From the NCBI GenBank assembly GCA_016235265.1, contig JACRLI010000014.1:247405-311404 (forward strand): a stretch of DNA of 64,000 bases, read 5' to 3'. This document shows, one piece after another, positions 8,328 to 18,604 of the stretch. Origin of the DNA: Candidatus Eiseniibacteriota bacterium. GTDB lineage: Bacteria > Eisenbacteria > RBG-16-71-46 > JACRLI01. Numbering within the stretch: the first letter of the stretch is position 1; the number at the start of each line of letters is the position of its first letter. The translations under genes were made by a program, and so were the position numbers. The notes under the pieces are model-generated. The model was given only the letters and a program-made list of their open reading frames with translations. It was not told the DNA's origin and ran no database searches.

Positions 8328-9416
8328 ATGCGGCGAATCATGCGACGTGCGGGTGTGGCGGTGGCCCTGGCGGCGGCGGGCGGTACCCTGGTCCTGCTGC
8401 TGGCCTCGTGTGCCGGGAAAAGCAGCAAGGCGGGAGAGAACGGCGGCACGGAAGCCGCCATCCTGGGCGAGCGGGACGTGGCCACGGTGGGCCGCGCGGA
8501 CTTGGAATCGGGCGTGCCGATCTCGGGAAACCTCAAGCCGCTGGTGGACGTGCAGATCAACTCGCCGTTCCCCGAGCTGATTGACCAGGTGCTGGTCCGC
8601 GAGGGCGAGGCGGTGCGCCGCGGCCAGGTGCTGGCGCGCTTCCACGCCTCCGCGCTGGCCCCCGCGGCGGCCAGCGCCGAGGCGCAGCTCAAGATGGCCC
8701 GCGCCGACCACGAGCGGATGCGGAACCTGCTCAAGGAGGGCGCGGTTTCCGAGCGCGACCTGGAGGGCGCCGAGGCGGCCCATCGCGCCGCCGAGAGCGC
8801 CGCGGCGGCGGCGCGCAAGTCGCTCGACGAGGCCACCGTGCGCTCCCCGGTGGACGGCGTGGTGGCGGCCCGTTTCGTACAGTCCGGCGACCGGGTGAAG
8901 GACGGCGTGCCGATGTTCCAGGTGGTGAACACCGCGCGGCTGGAATTCGAGGCCACGGTGCCCAGCGAGCACATCTCCCGCGTCCACGTGGGCGCGCCGG
9001 TGGGCCTCAACGTCTCGGGCTACCCCGAGGGCGAGGTGAGCGGGCGCGTGGCGCGCGTCAACGCCAGCGCCGATCCCGCCACCCGCCAGGTGCGCGTGTA
9101 CGTGGAAGTGGCCAACCCCGGCGGAAAGCTGGTGGGCGGGCTGTTCGCCTCCGGCCGCATCGTCACCGCCTCGGCGGGTGCGGTGCTGTGCGTGCCGCGC
9201 GCCGGCCTGCGCCGCGACCCTGCCGGCAAGAGCTACGTGTGGGTGGTCGAGGGCGGCCGGATCGCGCGGCGCGACGTGGAGCCCGGCCTGGCCGACGAGT
9301 CCCGCGACCTGGTCGAGATCCGCTCCGGGCTGCGGGGTGGCGAGGCCGCCGTGGTGGGACCGGTGGAGGGCCTCATCCCCGGCCAGGCGGTGCAGGTGTC
9401 GGGGAAGGGGGCCTGA
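8328..9416 (+). CDS. RND efflux membrane-fusion (periplasmic adaptor) protein, lipoprotein
   Basis: Lipobox LLLASC, a HlyD/biotin-lipoyl-like hairpin (VLARFHASALAPAAASAEAQL...ADHERMRNLLKEGAVSERDLEGAEAAH), and a beta-barrel C-terminus. Confidence 0.9.
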   Translation: MRRIMRRAGVAVALAAAGGTLVLLLASCAGKSSKAGENGGTEAAILGERDVATVGRADLESGVPISGNLKPLVDVQINSPFPELIDQVLVREGEAVRRGQVLARFHASALAPAAASAEAQLKMARADHERMRNLLKEGAVSERDLEGAEAAHRAAESAAAAARKSLDEATVRSPVDGVVAARFVQSGDRVKDGVPMFQVVNTARLEFEATVPSEHISRVHVGAPVGLNVSGYPEGEVSGRVARVNASADPATRQVRVYVEVANPGGKLVGGLFASGRIVTASAGAVLCVPRAGLRRDPAGKSYVWVVEGGRIARRDVEPGLADESRDLVEIRSGLRGGEAAVVGPVEGLIPGQAVQVSGKGA

Positions 9417-9417
9417 C

Positions 9418-12400
9418 ATGCTTCTGAGCGACATCTCCATCAAGCGGCCCGTCTTCGCCACCATGATGATCCTGGCGCTGGTGGTGCTGGGGCTCTTCTC
9501 CTACGGGCGCCTCAACATCGACCAGTGGCCGGACGTGGAGTTCCCGTTCGTGGGCATCACCACCACGTACCCGGGGGCCAGCCCCGAGGCGGTGGAGCGC
9601 GAGGTCACCCGGAAGGTCGAAGAGCAGGTCAACTCGGTGCAGGGCGTGAAGAGGATCATGTCGCGCTCCTCCGAGGGCCTCTCGGTGATCTACATCCAGT
9701 TCCGCCTGGGCACCAAGGCCATGGACGCGCTGGCCGACGTGCGCGCCAAGGTGGATGGCCTGCGCCAGGAGCTGCCGCGGGACATCGACCCGCCGGTGGT
9801 GTCGCGTTTCGACATCCAGTCCGAGCCCATCATGAGCCTTTCGGTCAAGGGCGAAGGGTGGCGGCTGCGCGAGCTGACCCGGCTGGCCGAGGAGACGGTG
9901 AGCCGGCGTTTCGAGAACATCCCCGGCGTGAGCGGCGTGGACGTGGTGGGCGGCATGCGCCGCGAGATCCACGTGCTGATGCTGCCTGACCGGATGCAGG
10001 CCCTGGGCATCTCGCCGGATATGGTCATCGCGGCGCTGCAGCGCGAGAACGCCGACGTGCCCGCCGGCCGCGTGGAGCGCGGCAACACCGAGGACATGGT
10101 CCGGGTGAAGGGCCGGCTCAAGGAGCCGTCGCAGTTCAACGACCTGGTGGTGACTTCGCGGGGCGGGGTGCCGGTGCGGCTCTCGCAGGTGGCCCGCGTG
10201 GAGGACGCGCAGGAGGAGGAGCGCGACGTCGCCTACGTGGACGGCCAGCGCGCCGTGGCGGTGGAGGTGCGCAAGGTCTCGGGCGGCAACACCGTCCAGA
10301 TCGCCGACGAGGTGAAGAAGGCTGCCGGCGAGCTCAACAAGTCGCTGCCCGGCGGCGTGAAGGTGGCGGTGATCCGCGACAACTCCGTCTGGATCCGCAA
10401 CTCGGTGGAGGACGTGCAGACCACCCTGTGGCAGGGCGCGCTCCTGACCATCCTGGTGGTGTTCGTGTTCCTGAACTCGTGGCGGTCCACCGTGATCACC
10501 GGGCTCACGCTGCCGGTGTCGGTGATCGCCTCGTTCCTGGCGGTGTACTTCTTCGGCTTCACGCTGAACATGATGACCCTCATGGCGCTGTCGCTGGCCA
10601 TCGGGATCCTGATCGACGACGCCATCGTGGTGCGGGAGAACATCGTCCGGCATCTGGAGCGCGGCGAGGACCACGAGACGGCGGCGCGCCGCGGCACCAG
10701 TGAGATCGGGCTGGCGGTGCTGGCCACCTCCATGTGCATCGTGGCGGTATTCGTGCCGGTGGCCTTCATGGGCGGCATCGTGGGCCGCTTCTTCTACCAG
10801 TTCGGCATCACCGTGGCGTTCGCGGTGCTGGTGAGCCTGTTCGTCTCGTTCACGCTCGACCCGATGTTGTCGTCGAAGTGGTACGACCCGCAGGCCGAGG
10901 GCCACGAGCAGACCGGCATGCTGGGCAAGCGGCTGCAGAAGTTCAACCGCGGCTTCGAGAACATGGGCAAGCGTTACCGCCGCCTGATCTCCTGGGCGCT
11001 GGATCACCGCGCGCTCACCATGACCATCGCGGCCGCCTCCTTCGTGATCTCCATCGCGCTGCCGGCGGTGGGCCTGGTGGGCGGGCAGTTCATGCCCAAG
11101 TCGGACGAGGAGGAGACGTCCATCACCCTGGAGACGCCGGTGGGCTCGTCGCTGGCGTACACTTCCTCCAAGGCCATGGAGATCGTGCGCTGGCTCAAGA
11201 CCCGCCCGGAGGTGGCGTTCGCCTACACCACCCTGGGCGGCGGGCAGAACGACAACTCCGTGAGCAAGGGACAGATCTACGTCAAGATGGTGCCCAAGAA
11301 CCGCCGCGTGCTGAGCCAGGAGAAGTTCGACCAGCTGCTGCGCAGGCAGTTGACCCGCTTCCCCGGGGTGACCGCGCGGGTGATGCAACTGGGCTTCGGC
11401 GGCGCGCAGGCGCCGATCCAGATCAACCTGCGCGGCCCGAATCTCGAGGAGCTGCAGCGGCAGTCCGACAAGTCCATCGCCGCGCTGCGTGGCGTCCCGG
11501 GCCTGGTGGAGCTCAAGTCCAGCCTCGAGGGCCGCAAGCCGCAGTGGGAGGTGGAGGTCAACCGCGACGCGGCCGCGGACGTGGGGCTGTCGGTGGGCGC
11601 GGTGAGCTCGGCGCTGCGGCCCCTGATGGCGGGCGAGAAGGCCGGCGACTGGGAGGACGCCACCGGACTGGCGCACGACGTGCGCGTGCGGCTGGCGCCC
11701 GAGGCGCGCCAGTCGCAGGCCGACATCGCGCGCGTGCCCATCTCCACCGGCACGGTGGACCCGCTGACCGGCCGCCCCGTGACGGTGCCGCTGGCCCAGG
11801 TGGCCACCCTGCGCCGCACCGGCGCGCCCGACCTGATCCGCCGACAGGATCTCGAACGGGTGGCGATGATCGAGGGCAACTACGAGAACCGCCCGCTCAC
11901 CGACGTGGTGCGCGACGTGCAGGAGCGCCTGAAGAAGGTGAAACTGCCGCCCGGCTACCGCTTCGACTTCGGCGGCGAGCAGGAGGACTTCGTCGAGACC
12001 GTGAAGTACATGACCGAGTCGCTGATGCTGGCGATCGTGTTCATCTACCTGATCCTGGCCAGCCAGTTCGGCAGCTTCACGCAGCCCCTGGCCATCATGC
12101 TGTCCCTGCCACTTTCGCTGGTGGGGGTCACGCTGGCGCTCATGAGCACGCGCGGGACGTTCAACATGATGTCCATGGTGGGGATCATCATGCTGATGGG
12201 CCTGGTGACCAAGAACGCGATCCTATTGGTGGACTTCGCCAACCAGGCGCGCCGCCGCGGGCTGGACCGCAAGCGGGCGCTGATCGACGCCGGGGAGACG
12301 CGGCTGCGTCCCATCGTGATGACCACGCTGGCGATGATCTTCGGCATGCTGCCCACCGCGCTGGCGCTGGGCGCGGGCGCGGAGTTCCGCGCCCCCATGG

Positions 12401-12567
12401 CGCATGCCGTGATCGGCGGGCTGATCACCTCCACGCTGCTCACGCTGCTGGTGGTGCCGGTGGTGTACACGTTCCTGGACGACTTCACCAACCGCGTCGG
12501 TGCCGGCCTGAAGCGCTGGGCCGGCGGCCCCTCGGAGGAGAAGTCGGACTCGGAGAAGGTGGCCTAG
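9418..12567 (+). CDS. RND multidrug efflux transporter permease (AcrB/HAE1 family)
   Basis: MLLSDISIKRPVFATMMILALVVLGLF, 12 TM segments, large periplasmic loops, about 1049 aa. Start is ATG at 9418, since ORF 9178..12567 overlaps the adaptor gene. Confidence 0.92.
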   Translation: MLLSDISIKRPVFATMMILALVVLGLFSYGRLNIDQWPDVEFPFVGITTTYPGASPEAVEREVTRKVEEQVNSVQGVKRIMSRSSEGLSVIYIQFRLGTKAMDALADVRAKVDGLRQELPRDIDPPVVSRFDIQSEPIMSLSVKGEGWRLRELTRLAEETVSRRFENIPGVSGVDVVGGMRREIHVLMLPDRMQALGISPDMVIAALQRENADVPAGRVERGNTEDMVRVKGRLKEPSQFNDLVVTSRGGVPVRLSQVARVEDAQEEERDVAYVDGQRAVAVEVRKVSGGNTVQIADEVKKAAGELNKSLPGGVKVAVIRDNSVWIRNSVEDVQTTLWQGALLTILVVFVFLNSWRSTVITGLTLPVSVIASFLAVYFFGFTLNMMTLMALSLAIGILIDDAIVVRENIVRHLERGEDHETAARRGTSEIGLAVLATSMCIVAVFVPVAFMGGIVGRFFYQFGITVAFAVLVSLFVSFTLDPMLSSKWYDPQAEGHEQTGMLGKRLQKFNRGFENMGKRYRRLISWALDHRALTMTIAAASFVISIALPAVGLVGGQFMPKSDEEETSITLETPVGSSLAYTSSKAMEIVRWLKTRPEVAFAYTTLGGGQNDNSVSKGQIYVKMVPKNRRVLSQEKFDQLLRRQLTRFPGVTARVMQLGFGGAQAPIQINLRGPNLEELQRQSDKSIAALRGVPGLVELKSSLEGRKPQWEVEVNRDAAADVGLSVGAVSSALRPLMAGEKAGDWEDATGLAHDVRVRLAPEARQSQADIARVPISTGTVDPLTGRPVTVPLAQVATLRRTGAPDLIRRQDLERVAMIEGNYENRPLTDVVRDVQERLKKVKLPPGYRFDFGGEQEDFVETVKYMTESLMLAIVFIYLILASQFGSFTQPLAIMLSLPLSLVGVTLALMSTRGTFNMMSMVGIIMLMGLVTKNAILLVDFANQARRRGLDRKRALIDAGETRLRPIVMTTLAMIFGMLPTALALGAGAEFRAPMAHAVIGGLITSTLLTLLVVPVVYTFLDDFTNRVGAGLKRWAGGPSEEKSDSEKVA

Positions 12568-13119
12568 GTGCCGGCCAGGCGGTCCTGCGCTGCCCTCGGC
12601 GTCGCGGCAACCGCGGCCGCCTTCCTCGTCGCGGGTTTCGGCCTTCCCGCGGCCGCAGCAGCCGGCGGCTGGCGCGACATGGCCGGCCGCTGGAAGCTGG
12701 ACCCCGCGCACGCGCAGAAGCCCGACACCGCCATCAGCCGCGGTCTCAAGGGGATGTTCTTCCTGGCCAAGCCCATCGCCAAGGGCAAGCTGCACCGGTA
12801 CCTGGACCCCGAGCCGGACTTCCGGCTGGTGCTTTCCGGCAACGCCGACACGCTCACGCTGCTCTACGGCAAGCTCCACCATTTCATGATTCCCGAGAAG
12901 GGCTCCTACACCTCGGAGAATCCCGACGAGGGCCACCTGGAGCGGCGCGATTCGTGGGAGGGGGGCGTGCTGGAGTCCTCGAACAAGTCCGGCGAAGGCA
13001 CCATGATCTACAAGTTCGTCCCCGACGCCGACTCGAAGCGGATCGAGCTGACGCTGACCATCGTCAGCGGCAAGCTCAACGGCCCGGTGAGCGGGAAGTA
13101 CGAGTACGTGAGGGAGTAG
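12568..13119 (+). CDS. hypothetical secreted protein (signal peptide; beta-rich, possibly lipocalin/calycin-like)
   Basis: GTG start directly abutting the RND stop; N-terminal signal AALGVAATAAAFLVAGFGLPAAAAA. No motif recognised. Confidence 0.5.
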   Translation: MPARRSCAALGVAATAAAFLVAGFGLPAAAAAGGWRDMAGRWKLDPAHAQKPDTAISRGLKGMFFLAKPIAKGKLHRYLDPEPDFRLVLSGNADTLTLLYGKLHHFMIPEKGSYTSENPDEGHLERRDSWEGGVLESSNKSGEGTMIYKFVPDADSKRIELTLTIVSGKLNGPVSGKYEYVRE

Positions 13120-13126
13120 GGGCCCG

Positions 13127-13206
13127 CGGCGCGGGCGCGGATCGGCGCGGGCGCAGACCGGTGCGGGCGTGGACCGGCGCAGGCGCGGACCGGCCCGGGC
13201 GCAGGC
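13127..13206. repeat. 16-bp tandem repeat x5 (CGGCGCGGGCGCGGAT-like) in a convergent intergenic spacer
   Basis: Units at 13127, 13143, 13159, 13175 and 13191, plus a degenerate sixth. Lies between the stop at 13119 and the stop at 13223. Confidence 0.8.
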
Positions 13207-13222
13207 CGACGCCGCGGAGGTG

Positions 13223-14713
13223 CTACGGGGTCCAGGCGAGCGCGCGCAGCTTCGAGGGCGTCCCCGGTTCCACCCACGCCAGCACCAGGCCGTCGCGGCC
13301 CGCGACGAGTCGCGGCGTGCCCGCCTGCCTCGCGTTGGGCACGCTCGCGAGGGCCCGTGACTCCCCGCGCGTGCCGTCCGGGGAGATCCGGAGCGCCATG
13401 AGCCCGGCCGCGCCGGCCGGGCTGGCGGCCTTCTCGATCCAGGTCACCATCGCGTCCCCACCCGGGGTGAGGGCCACGGCCACCCGCCCCAGCGGGTGAC
13501 CCTGGTCGACCCGCGCGGCCGGACCGAACGTGGCGCCGCCGTCGCCCGAGAATGCCACCTGCACCCGGGGCGTGTCCGCGGCCGCCGTGTACCAGCAGGC
13601 CACCACGAAGTTGCCGTGCGCGGCCAGCGCGGGCCCGCTCACCGGGCAGCCGCGGATCATCCAGCCGTCGTCGCGCAGGCGGCCTTCCCTTGTCGCCATG
13701 GCCCTGCCTGCCTTGCCCTCCACGGCCCGCCCGCCGCCGTCCATGAGCAGCGTCGAGATGTCGCGGACTTCCCCGGGGCTGCGGTCGCGGTAGGCCACCA
13801 GGGTGCCGCGCGCTGTGTTCACCGCCGCCGTGGGGCAGCAGTCGCAGGTGCGCGGGTCCAGCGACTCGTCGGGGGTGGCGGCACCGTTCGGGCCGATCCA
13901 GGCCGTGCGCAGCGTCATCTCGGCGTCCGGTGATTCGTCGGCTCCGTGCGCGTGACCGGCGGCGCCCTTCGCGCCCGCGGCCTCCGCCGCGAACTTCCGG
14001 CCGTCCAGCCACACCGCGCGCACGCCGTTGCCCTCGGGTAGCAGCGACACGAAGCCGTGCTCGGTGGCGGTGCCGTCGCGGTGGGGCGTGACCGGCGTCG
14101 TCCACGTGCGGCCCGCGTTTCCGGACAGCGCCACGCGCACCGTCGCGGCCTCGCCGCCGGCCGCGTGCAGCCGCGGCCACGCGGCGGCCAGCCGGCCGCC
14201 CCCCAGCGGCACCACCGCGGGGGAGTTGGCCCAGTTCGCGAGCATCGAGTCCCCGGTCGGGACGGTGCCCGGGGCGCTCCAGTGGCGGCCCGGGCCGAGG
14301 CGGGAGAAGCGCAGCGCGTGCCCGTCCCGCCCGGCGGGCTCGATCCAGCTGAGCCAGACCGTGCCCGCGGTGTCGGCCGACAGGAACGGCGCGGAACTGC
14401 CGGGGGCGGCGGGCGGGTCGATCGGGTGGCGGGCGAGATCCGGTGGCGCGCCGGCCTGGACTGCGGCGGCGCCGAAGGCGAGCGCGGCGAGAACTCCCGG
14501 GCCGAGGACTCCGCGCGCGAGCGCGGCGAGAACTCCCGGGCCGAGGACTCCGCGCGCGAGCGCGGCGAGAACTCCCGGGCCGAGGACTCCGCGCGAGAGT
14601 GCGACGGGAATCTCCGGGCGGAGGAGCCCGCGCGCGAATGCGCCGCGCGCGCGCGGACCCGCAAGCAGCAGGGGCGCACCACCGTGTGCCCCCGGCAAAC
14701 GCGGCAGTTTCAC
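13223..14713 (-). CDS. BNR/sialidase-like repeat protein (secreted), with an N-terminal 13-aa tandem peptide repeat
   Basis: Real gene is the 3' part of the 1000-aa ORF 13223..16225. Proposed start is GTG at 14713 (VKLPRLPGAHGGAPLLLAG). BNR-like motifs: ALSGNAGRTWTTP, AFSGDGGATFGP, SWIEPAG. Contains the 39-bp DNA tandem repeat that encodes ARGVLGPGVLAAL x3. Confidence 0.65.
   Translation of the reverse strand: MKLPRLPGAHGGAPLLLAGPRARGAFARGLLRPEIPVALSRGVLGPGVLAALARGVLGPGVLAALARGVLGPGVLAALAFGAAAVQAGAPPDLARHPIDPPAAPGSSAPFLSADTAGTVWLSWIEPAGRDGHALRFSRLGPGRHWSAPGTVPTGDSMLANWANSPAVVPLGGGRLAAAWPRLHAAGGEAATVRVALSGNAGRTWTTPVTPHRDGTATEHGFVSLLPEGNGVRAVWLDGRKFAAEAAGAKGAAGHAHGADESPDAEMTLRTAWIGPNGAATPDESLDPRTCDCCPTAAVNTARGTLVAYRDRSPGEVRDISTLLMDGGGRAVEGKAGRAMATREGRLRDDGWMIRGCPVSGPALAAHGNFVVACWYTAAADTPRVQVAFSGDGGATFGPAARVDQGHPLGRVAVALTPGGDAMVTWIEKAASPAGAAGLMALRISPDGTRGESRALASVPNARQAGTPRLVAGRDGLVLAWVEPGTPSKLRALAWTP
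14481..14640. repeat. 39-bp tandem repeat (about 3.5 copies) inside the BNR-protein coding sequence
   Basis: AGCGCGGCGAGAACTCCCGGGCCGAGGACTCCGCGCGCG repeated at 14481, 14520 and 14559, with a degenerate fourth copy. In frame, giving a 13-aa peptide repeat. Confidence 0.85.
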
Positions 14714-14793
14714 GCAAACCTCCGGTTGCGGCCAGAGGTGGTGGTGGCCGGCGGGACGGGCCCGGCAAGCCGGGAGCCCGCGCCGGCGCGGCC

Positions 14794-16467
14794 CTACAGC
14801 GACTTCACCGCCGAGTACTCGCCCCACACCGAGCGCAGCGAGTCGCTGATCTCGCCGAGGGTGACGTCGGCCTTCACGCAATCCAGGATGCGTGGCAGCA
14901 GGTTCCCCGCACCCTTCGCTCCCGACTCCAACTCCCGGCGTGCGGCCGCGGCGGAGGCCTCGGAGCGGGCGGCGCGGAACTCGCGCAGCCGCTCCAACTG
15001 GCGGGCCGCGGAGGCCTCGTCGGGCGCGAACGGCTGCATCTTCTCCGGCTCCTCCACGGCGTACTTGTTCACGCCCACCACGGTGAGCCGGCCATCCTCG
15101 ATGGCCCGCTGCGCGGCGTAGGCGCTGCGGTGGATCTCGCGCTGCACCCAGCCCTGCTCGATGGCGCGCGGCATGCCACCCATCTTCCCGACCTCGTCCA
15201 GGATCTTCATGGCCGCGGCCTCCAGATCGTCGGTGAGCCGCTCCACAAAATACGAACCCGCCAGCGGATCCGCGGTGTCGGCCACGCCGCTCTCCTCGCC
15301 GATGATCTGCTGCGTGCGCAGCGCGGTGCGCACCGCGATCTGCGTGGGCAGGGACAGGGCCTCGTCCATGGAGTTGGTGTGCAGCGACTGCGTTCCGCCC
15401 AGGGCCGCGGCCAGTGCCTGCAGCGTCACGCGCACCACGTTGTTCTCCGGCTGCTGGGCGGTGAGCGTGGAGCCGGCGGTCTGGGTGTGGAAGCGCAGCA
15501 GCCAGGAGCGCGGGCCCTTCGCGTGGAACCTCTCGCGCATGAAGCGCGCCCACATGCGCCGCGCGGCGCGGAACTTGGCCACCTCCTCGAAGAACAGGTT
15601 GTGCGAGTTGAAGAAGAAGCTGAGCCGCGGCGCGAAGGCGTCCACGTCGAGCCCCGCGTCCACCGCGGCCTGCACGTAGGCCAGGCCGTTGCCCAGGGTG
15701 AACGCCAGCTCCTGCGCGGCGGTGGAGCCGGCTTCGCGGATGTGGTAGCCGGAGATGGAGATGGTGTTCCAGCTGGGCACCTTCTCGAAGCAGAAGGCGA
15801 TCAGGTCGGTGGTCAGCCGCATGCTGGGCGCGAGGGGGAAGATGTACGTCCCGCGCGCGGCGTACTCCTTCAGGATGTCGTTCTGCACCGTGCCGTTGAG
15901 CCGGTCGAAGGCCACCCCGCGCTTCTCCGCCAGCGCCAGGTAGAAGGCGAGCAGGATCGAGGCGGTGGCGTTGATGGTCATGGACACGCTCACCGTCTCC
16001 TGCGGGATGGCCTCCATGAGCCGCTCCATGTCCGCGCGCGTGGCCACCGCGACGCCGACCTTGCCCACCTCGCCGGCGGCGCGCGGGGAATCGGAGTCGT
16101 AGCCCATCTGGGTGGGCAGGTCGAAGGCCACCGAGAGGCCGGTCTGGCCCTGCTCCAGCAGGTAGCGGTAGCGGCGGTTGGACTCGTCGGCATCGCCGAA
16201 GCCGGCGTATTGCCGCATGGTCCACAGCCGCGCGCGGTACATGTCCGCGTGCACGCCGCGGGTGAAGGGGAAGGCGCCCGGATCGCCCAGGCGCTCCTGG
16301 AGCCCCGGCGCGACGTCCGCGGCGCGGTAGGTGCCCTGCACCTCGAGGCCGGAGGAGGTCTCGAAGCGTTCGTGGCGGAGGGCCCGGGGCTTCCCGGCGG
16401 ACTTGTCTCGGGCTGGGTTGCCTCCGGCGGGCATGTCCCCTCCGGGTCCGTGGCCCTTTCCGCTCAC
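14794..16467 (-). CDS. methylmalonyl-CoA mutase, catalytic (large-subunit N-terminal) domain protein; no B12-binding domain in this ORF
   Basis: [55 protein letters not shown] and [12 protein letters not shown] are all MCM alpha-subunit hallmarks. The 557 aa end before the cobalamin-binding domain. Confidence 0.88.
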   Translation of the reverse strand: MSGKGHGPGGDMPAGGNPARDKSAGKPRALRHERFETSSGLEVQGTYRAADVAPGLQERLGDPGAFPFTRGVHADMYRARLWTMRQYAGFGDADESNRRYRYLLEQGQTGLSVAFDLPTQMGYDSDSPRAAGEVGKVGVAVATRADMERLMEAIPQETVSVSMTINATASILLAFYLALAEKRGVAFDRLNGTVQNDILKEYAARGTYIFPLAPSMRLTTDLIAFCFEKVPSWNTISISGYHIREAGSTAAQELAFTLGNGLAYVQAAVDAGLDVDAFAPRLSFFFNSHNLFFEEVAKFRAARRMWARFMRERFHAKGPRSWLLRFHTQTAGSTLTAQQPENNVVRVTLQALAAALGGTQSLHTNSMDEALSLPTQIAVRTALRTQQIIGEESGVADTADPLAGSYFVERLTDDLEAAAMKILDEVGKMGGMPRAIEQGWVQREIHRSAYAAQRAIEDGRLTVVGVNKYAVEEPEKMQPFAPDEASAARQLERLREFRAARSEASAAAARRELESGAKGAGNLLPRILDCVKADVTLGEISDSLRSVWGEYSAVKSL

Positions 16468-16991
16468 GGGGCCGCCTCCGCGGGCACCGGCGGCGCGAGC
16501 GTGATCAGGCTGGCGCCGCCGTCCACGGACTGGCCCACCTGCACGTGGATCTTGTCCACCTTCCCCGGGGCCGGCGCGCCCAGCTCGTTCTGCATCTTCA
16601 TCGCTTCCATCACCACCAGCGCCTGGCCTTCCTGCACCTCGTCGCCGGCGGCCACCTTCACCGCCACGATGAGCCCCGGCATGGGGGCCTTGAGCGCCAC
16701 CGGGCCGGTCACGGCCTTCTTGCGCTCGGGCCTGCGGGTGCGCGCGCGCACCTCGTCGAGCACCGTCATCTCGTGGGTGGCGCCGCCGAACCGCACCCGG
16801 AACAGGTCGCCCTCGCGGTCCACCGCCACCTCGCGGCTGCGCCCCTCGGTGAGGATGGAGTACGCGCCGGCCGAAAGCTCGGCGCAGTCGATGTAGGATT
16901 CCACGCCGTCCAGCAGCACCTTCCAGCCGCTGCCCGCGGGGATGAACTCCACCCAGCGCTCCTTTTCCCCGATCCGCACGCTGTACTTCAT
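16464..16991 (-). CDS. biotin carboxyl carrier protein-like (biotinyl/lipoyl domain protein)
   Basis: C-terminal EAMKMQNEL biotinylation motif. Starts [14 protein letters not shown] overlap with the biotin carboxylase stop, and a 4-bp overlap with the downstream mutase gene. Confidence 0.8.
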   Translation of the reverse strand: MKYSVRIGEKERWVEFIPAGSGWKVLLDGVESYIDCAELSAGAYSILTEGRSREVAVDREGDLFRVRFGGATHEMTVLDEVRARTRRPERKKAVTGPVALKAPMPGLIVAVKVAAGDEVQEGQALVVMEAMKMQNELGAPAPGKVDKIHVQVGQSVDGGASLITLAPPVPAEAAP

Positions 16992-18505
16992 ATCCGGCCT
17001 CCCGCCCCCGGCCGGCCGGCCCGCTTCCAGGCCCCGCCGACCCCGTCGCCCGTCGCGGCCACCGCCTCCACGCGCGCCCCGCCCGTGGAAGGGTGCAGCA
17101 TCGCGTGCAGCGCCGCCGCGCGGACCGCCAGCGCCTCCTCCTCCTCGGTGGGTTGCACCGCCTGCGGATGGTAGAACTGGGCCACCATGCCCACGTCGCA
17201 GCGGCCTTCCACGAACTCGGGGTGGTTCAGCGCCCAGCGGTGGAAGGGGATCGAGGTCTTCACGCCCTCGATCACGTACTCGTGCAGCGCGCGCAGCATC
17301 CGGCGGCGCGCCTCGTTGCGGTCGCGGCCCCACGCGATCAGCTTGCCCACCAGGGAGTCGTAGTACAGCGTGATCTCGGAGCCCGGGTACACCCCCGCGT
17401 CGTTGCGCAGGCCCGGGCCGCTGGGCAGCCGGAATCTCGAGATCTTCCCGATGGAGGGCATGAAGTTCTTCTCGGGGTCCTCCGCGGTGATGCGGCACTC
17501 GATGGCGTGGCCGCGCGGCTGGATGTCCGCCTGCGCGAACGGCAGCTTGCCCCCGCTGGCCACGAACAGCTGCAGCTTCACCAGGTCGAGCCCGGTGACC
17601 ATCTCGGTCACGGGGTGCTCCACCTGCAGCCGCGCGTTGACCTCCAGGAAGTAGAAGTTCTGGTCCTTGTCCACCATGAACTCGGCGGTGCCGGCGTTGG
17701 TGTAGCCGGCCTGCAGCGCCAGGCGCACGGCGCAATCGCCCATGGCCCGGCGCACCTCGTCGCGCAGGTTGGGGGCGGGGGTTTCCTCGATCAGTTTCTG
17801 GTGGCGGCGCTGCACGGAGCAGTCGCGCTCGCCCAGGTACACGGCGCTGCCGTGATGGTCGGCCAGGAACTGGATCTCCACGTGGCGCGGGCGCTCGAGG
17901 TACTTCTCGAGGTACACCTCGTCGCTGGAGAAGGCGGCCTTGGCTTCCCCGCGCGTCAGCTCCAGCGCGGAGGCCATCTCCTCCTCGGCGCGCACCACGC
18001 GCATTCCCTTGCCGCCCCCGCCCGCGGAGGCCTTGAGCAGCACCGGGTAGCCGATCTGCTTCGCCTCGTGGAGGGCCTCCTCCAAGTTGCGCAGCGGCTT
18101 TTCCAGCCCGGGCACCATGGGCACCCCGGCCTTGCTGGCCAGGCGGCGCGCGGCCAGCTTGTTGCCCAGCGCGTTCATCGCCTCCCAGGACGGGCCGATG
18201 AAGGCCATGCCGGCCTTCTGGACCGCCTTCGAAAAGTCGGCATTCTCCGCCAGAAAGCCATAGCCCGGGTGCACCGCTTCGGCGCCGCAGCGCTTCGCGA
18301 TCTCCAGCAGCTTGTCCACGTTGAGGTAGCTTTCGCGGGCTGGCGGGGGACCTAGCAGGTAGGCTTCGTCGGCATGCAGCACATGGAGCGAGCGGCGGTC
18401 GGCTTCCGAGTAGACGGCCACACTGCCCACCCCGAGTTCCTTGAGTGCGCGGCTCACGCGCACGGCGATCTCGCCACGGTTGGCGATGAGCACCTTCTTG
18501 AACAC
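16988..18505 (-). CDS. accC: biotin carboxylase (AccC-type ATP-grasp)
   Basis: (V)[52 protein letters not shown] start at 18505 with GGAGG upstream. It is unclear whether this is the acetyl-CoA or the propionyl-CoA carboxylase paralogue. Confidence 0.85.
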   Translation of the reverse strand: MFKKVLIANRGEIAVRVSRALKELGVGSVAVYSEADRRSLHVLHADEAYLLGPPPARESYLNVDKLLEIAKRCGAEAVHPGYGFLAENADFSKAVQKAGMAFIGPSWEAMNALGNKLAARRLASKAGVPMVPGLEKPLRNLEEALHEAKQIGYPVLLKASAGGGGKGMRVVRAEEEMASALELTRGEAKAAFSSDEVYLEKYLERPRHVEIQFLADHHGSAVYLGERDCSVQRRHQKLIEETPAPNLRDEVRRAMGDCAVRLALQAGYTNAGTAEFMVDKDQNFYFLEVNARLQVEHPVTEMVTGLDLVKLQLFVASGGKLPFAQADIQPRGHAIECRITAEDPEKNFMPSIGKISRFRLPSGPGLRNDAGVYPGSEITLYYDSLVGKLIAWGRDRNEARRRMLRALHEYVIEGVKTSIPFHRWALNHPEFVEGRCDVGMVAQFYHPQAVQPTEEEEALAVRAAALHAMLHPSTGGARVEAVAATGDGVGGAWKRAGRPGAGGRI

Positions 18506-18573
18506 GGGCACCTCCCCTCCACAATCGGCCAAAACCACGCTTCAGCATAGACCCGGTGCGGGGAGGGAGCAAG

Positions 18574-18599
18574 CTTGGTTGCATGCTTTGGTTGCATGC
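18574..18599. repeat. 13-bp direct tandem repeat (C/T)TTGGTTGCATGC x2 in the intergenic region at the left edge of the defence island
   Basis: Seen directly at 18574-18586 and 18587-18599. It contains the GCATGC core that recurs at 28453-28472 and 29448-29455. Confidence 0.6.
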
Positions 18600-18604
18600 A
18601 GTTG

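Noticed and set aside
13127-13206. CRISPR array (also considered for the 39-bp repeats at 14481-14640)
   Set aside because: The repeats are directly abutting with no unique spacers. Units are 16 bp and 39 bp and GC-microsatellite-like, and the 39-bp array is in frame inside a gene. No cas genes in the window.
9373-13499. Long antisense or alternative-frame ORFs (9373..11676 minus, 10734..13499 plus) over the RND pump region
   Set aside because: No motifs, extreme Arg/Gly/Pro/His composition, and fully overlapped by the confidently identified RND transporter. High-GC artefacts. The same applies to 18575..19888, 20843..21946, 40900..43320, 51879..53576, 52886..54670, 54576..56486 and 57242..58909.
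13223-16225. 1000-aa minus-strand ORF spanning the BNR protein and running antisense or out of frame across the mutase gene
   Set aside because: Only the 3' third (13223-14713) has protein-like composition and motifs. The rest overlaps the well-supported methylmalonyl-CoA mutase ORF (14794-16467) in another frame and is Arg/Gly/Ala low-complexity, typical of high-GC spurious open frames.
18574-18599. sigma54 (-24/-12) promoter within the TTGGTTGCATGC direct repeats
   Set aside because: The GG-to-GC spacing does not fit the TGGCAC-N5-TTGC geometry in either repeat.
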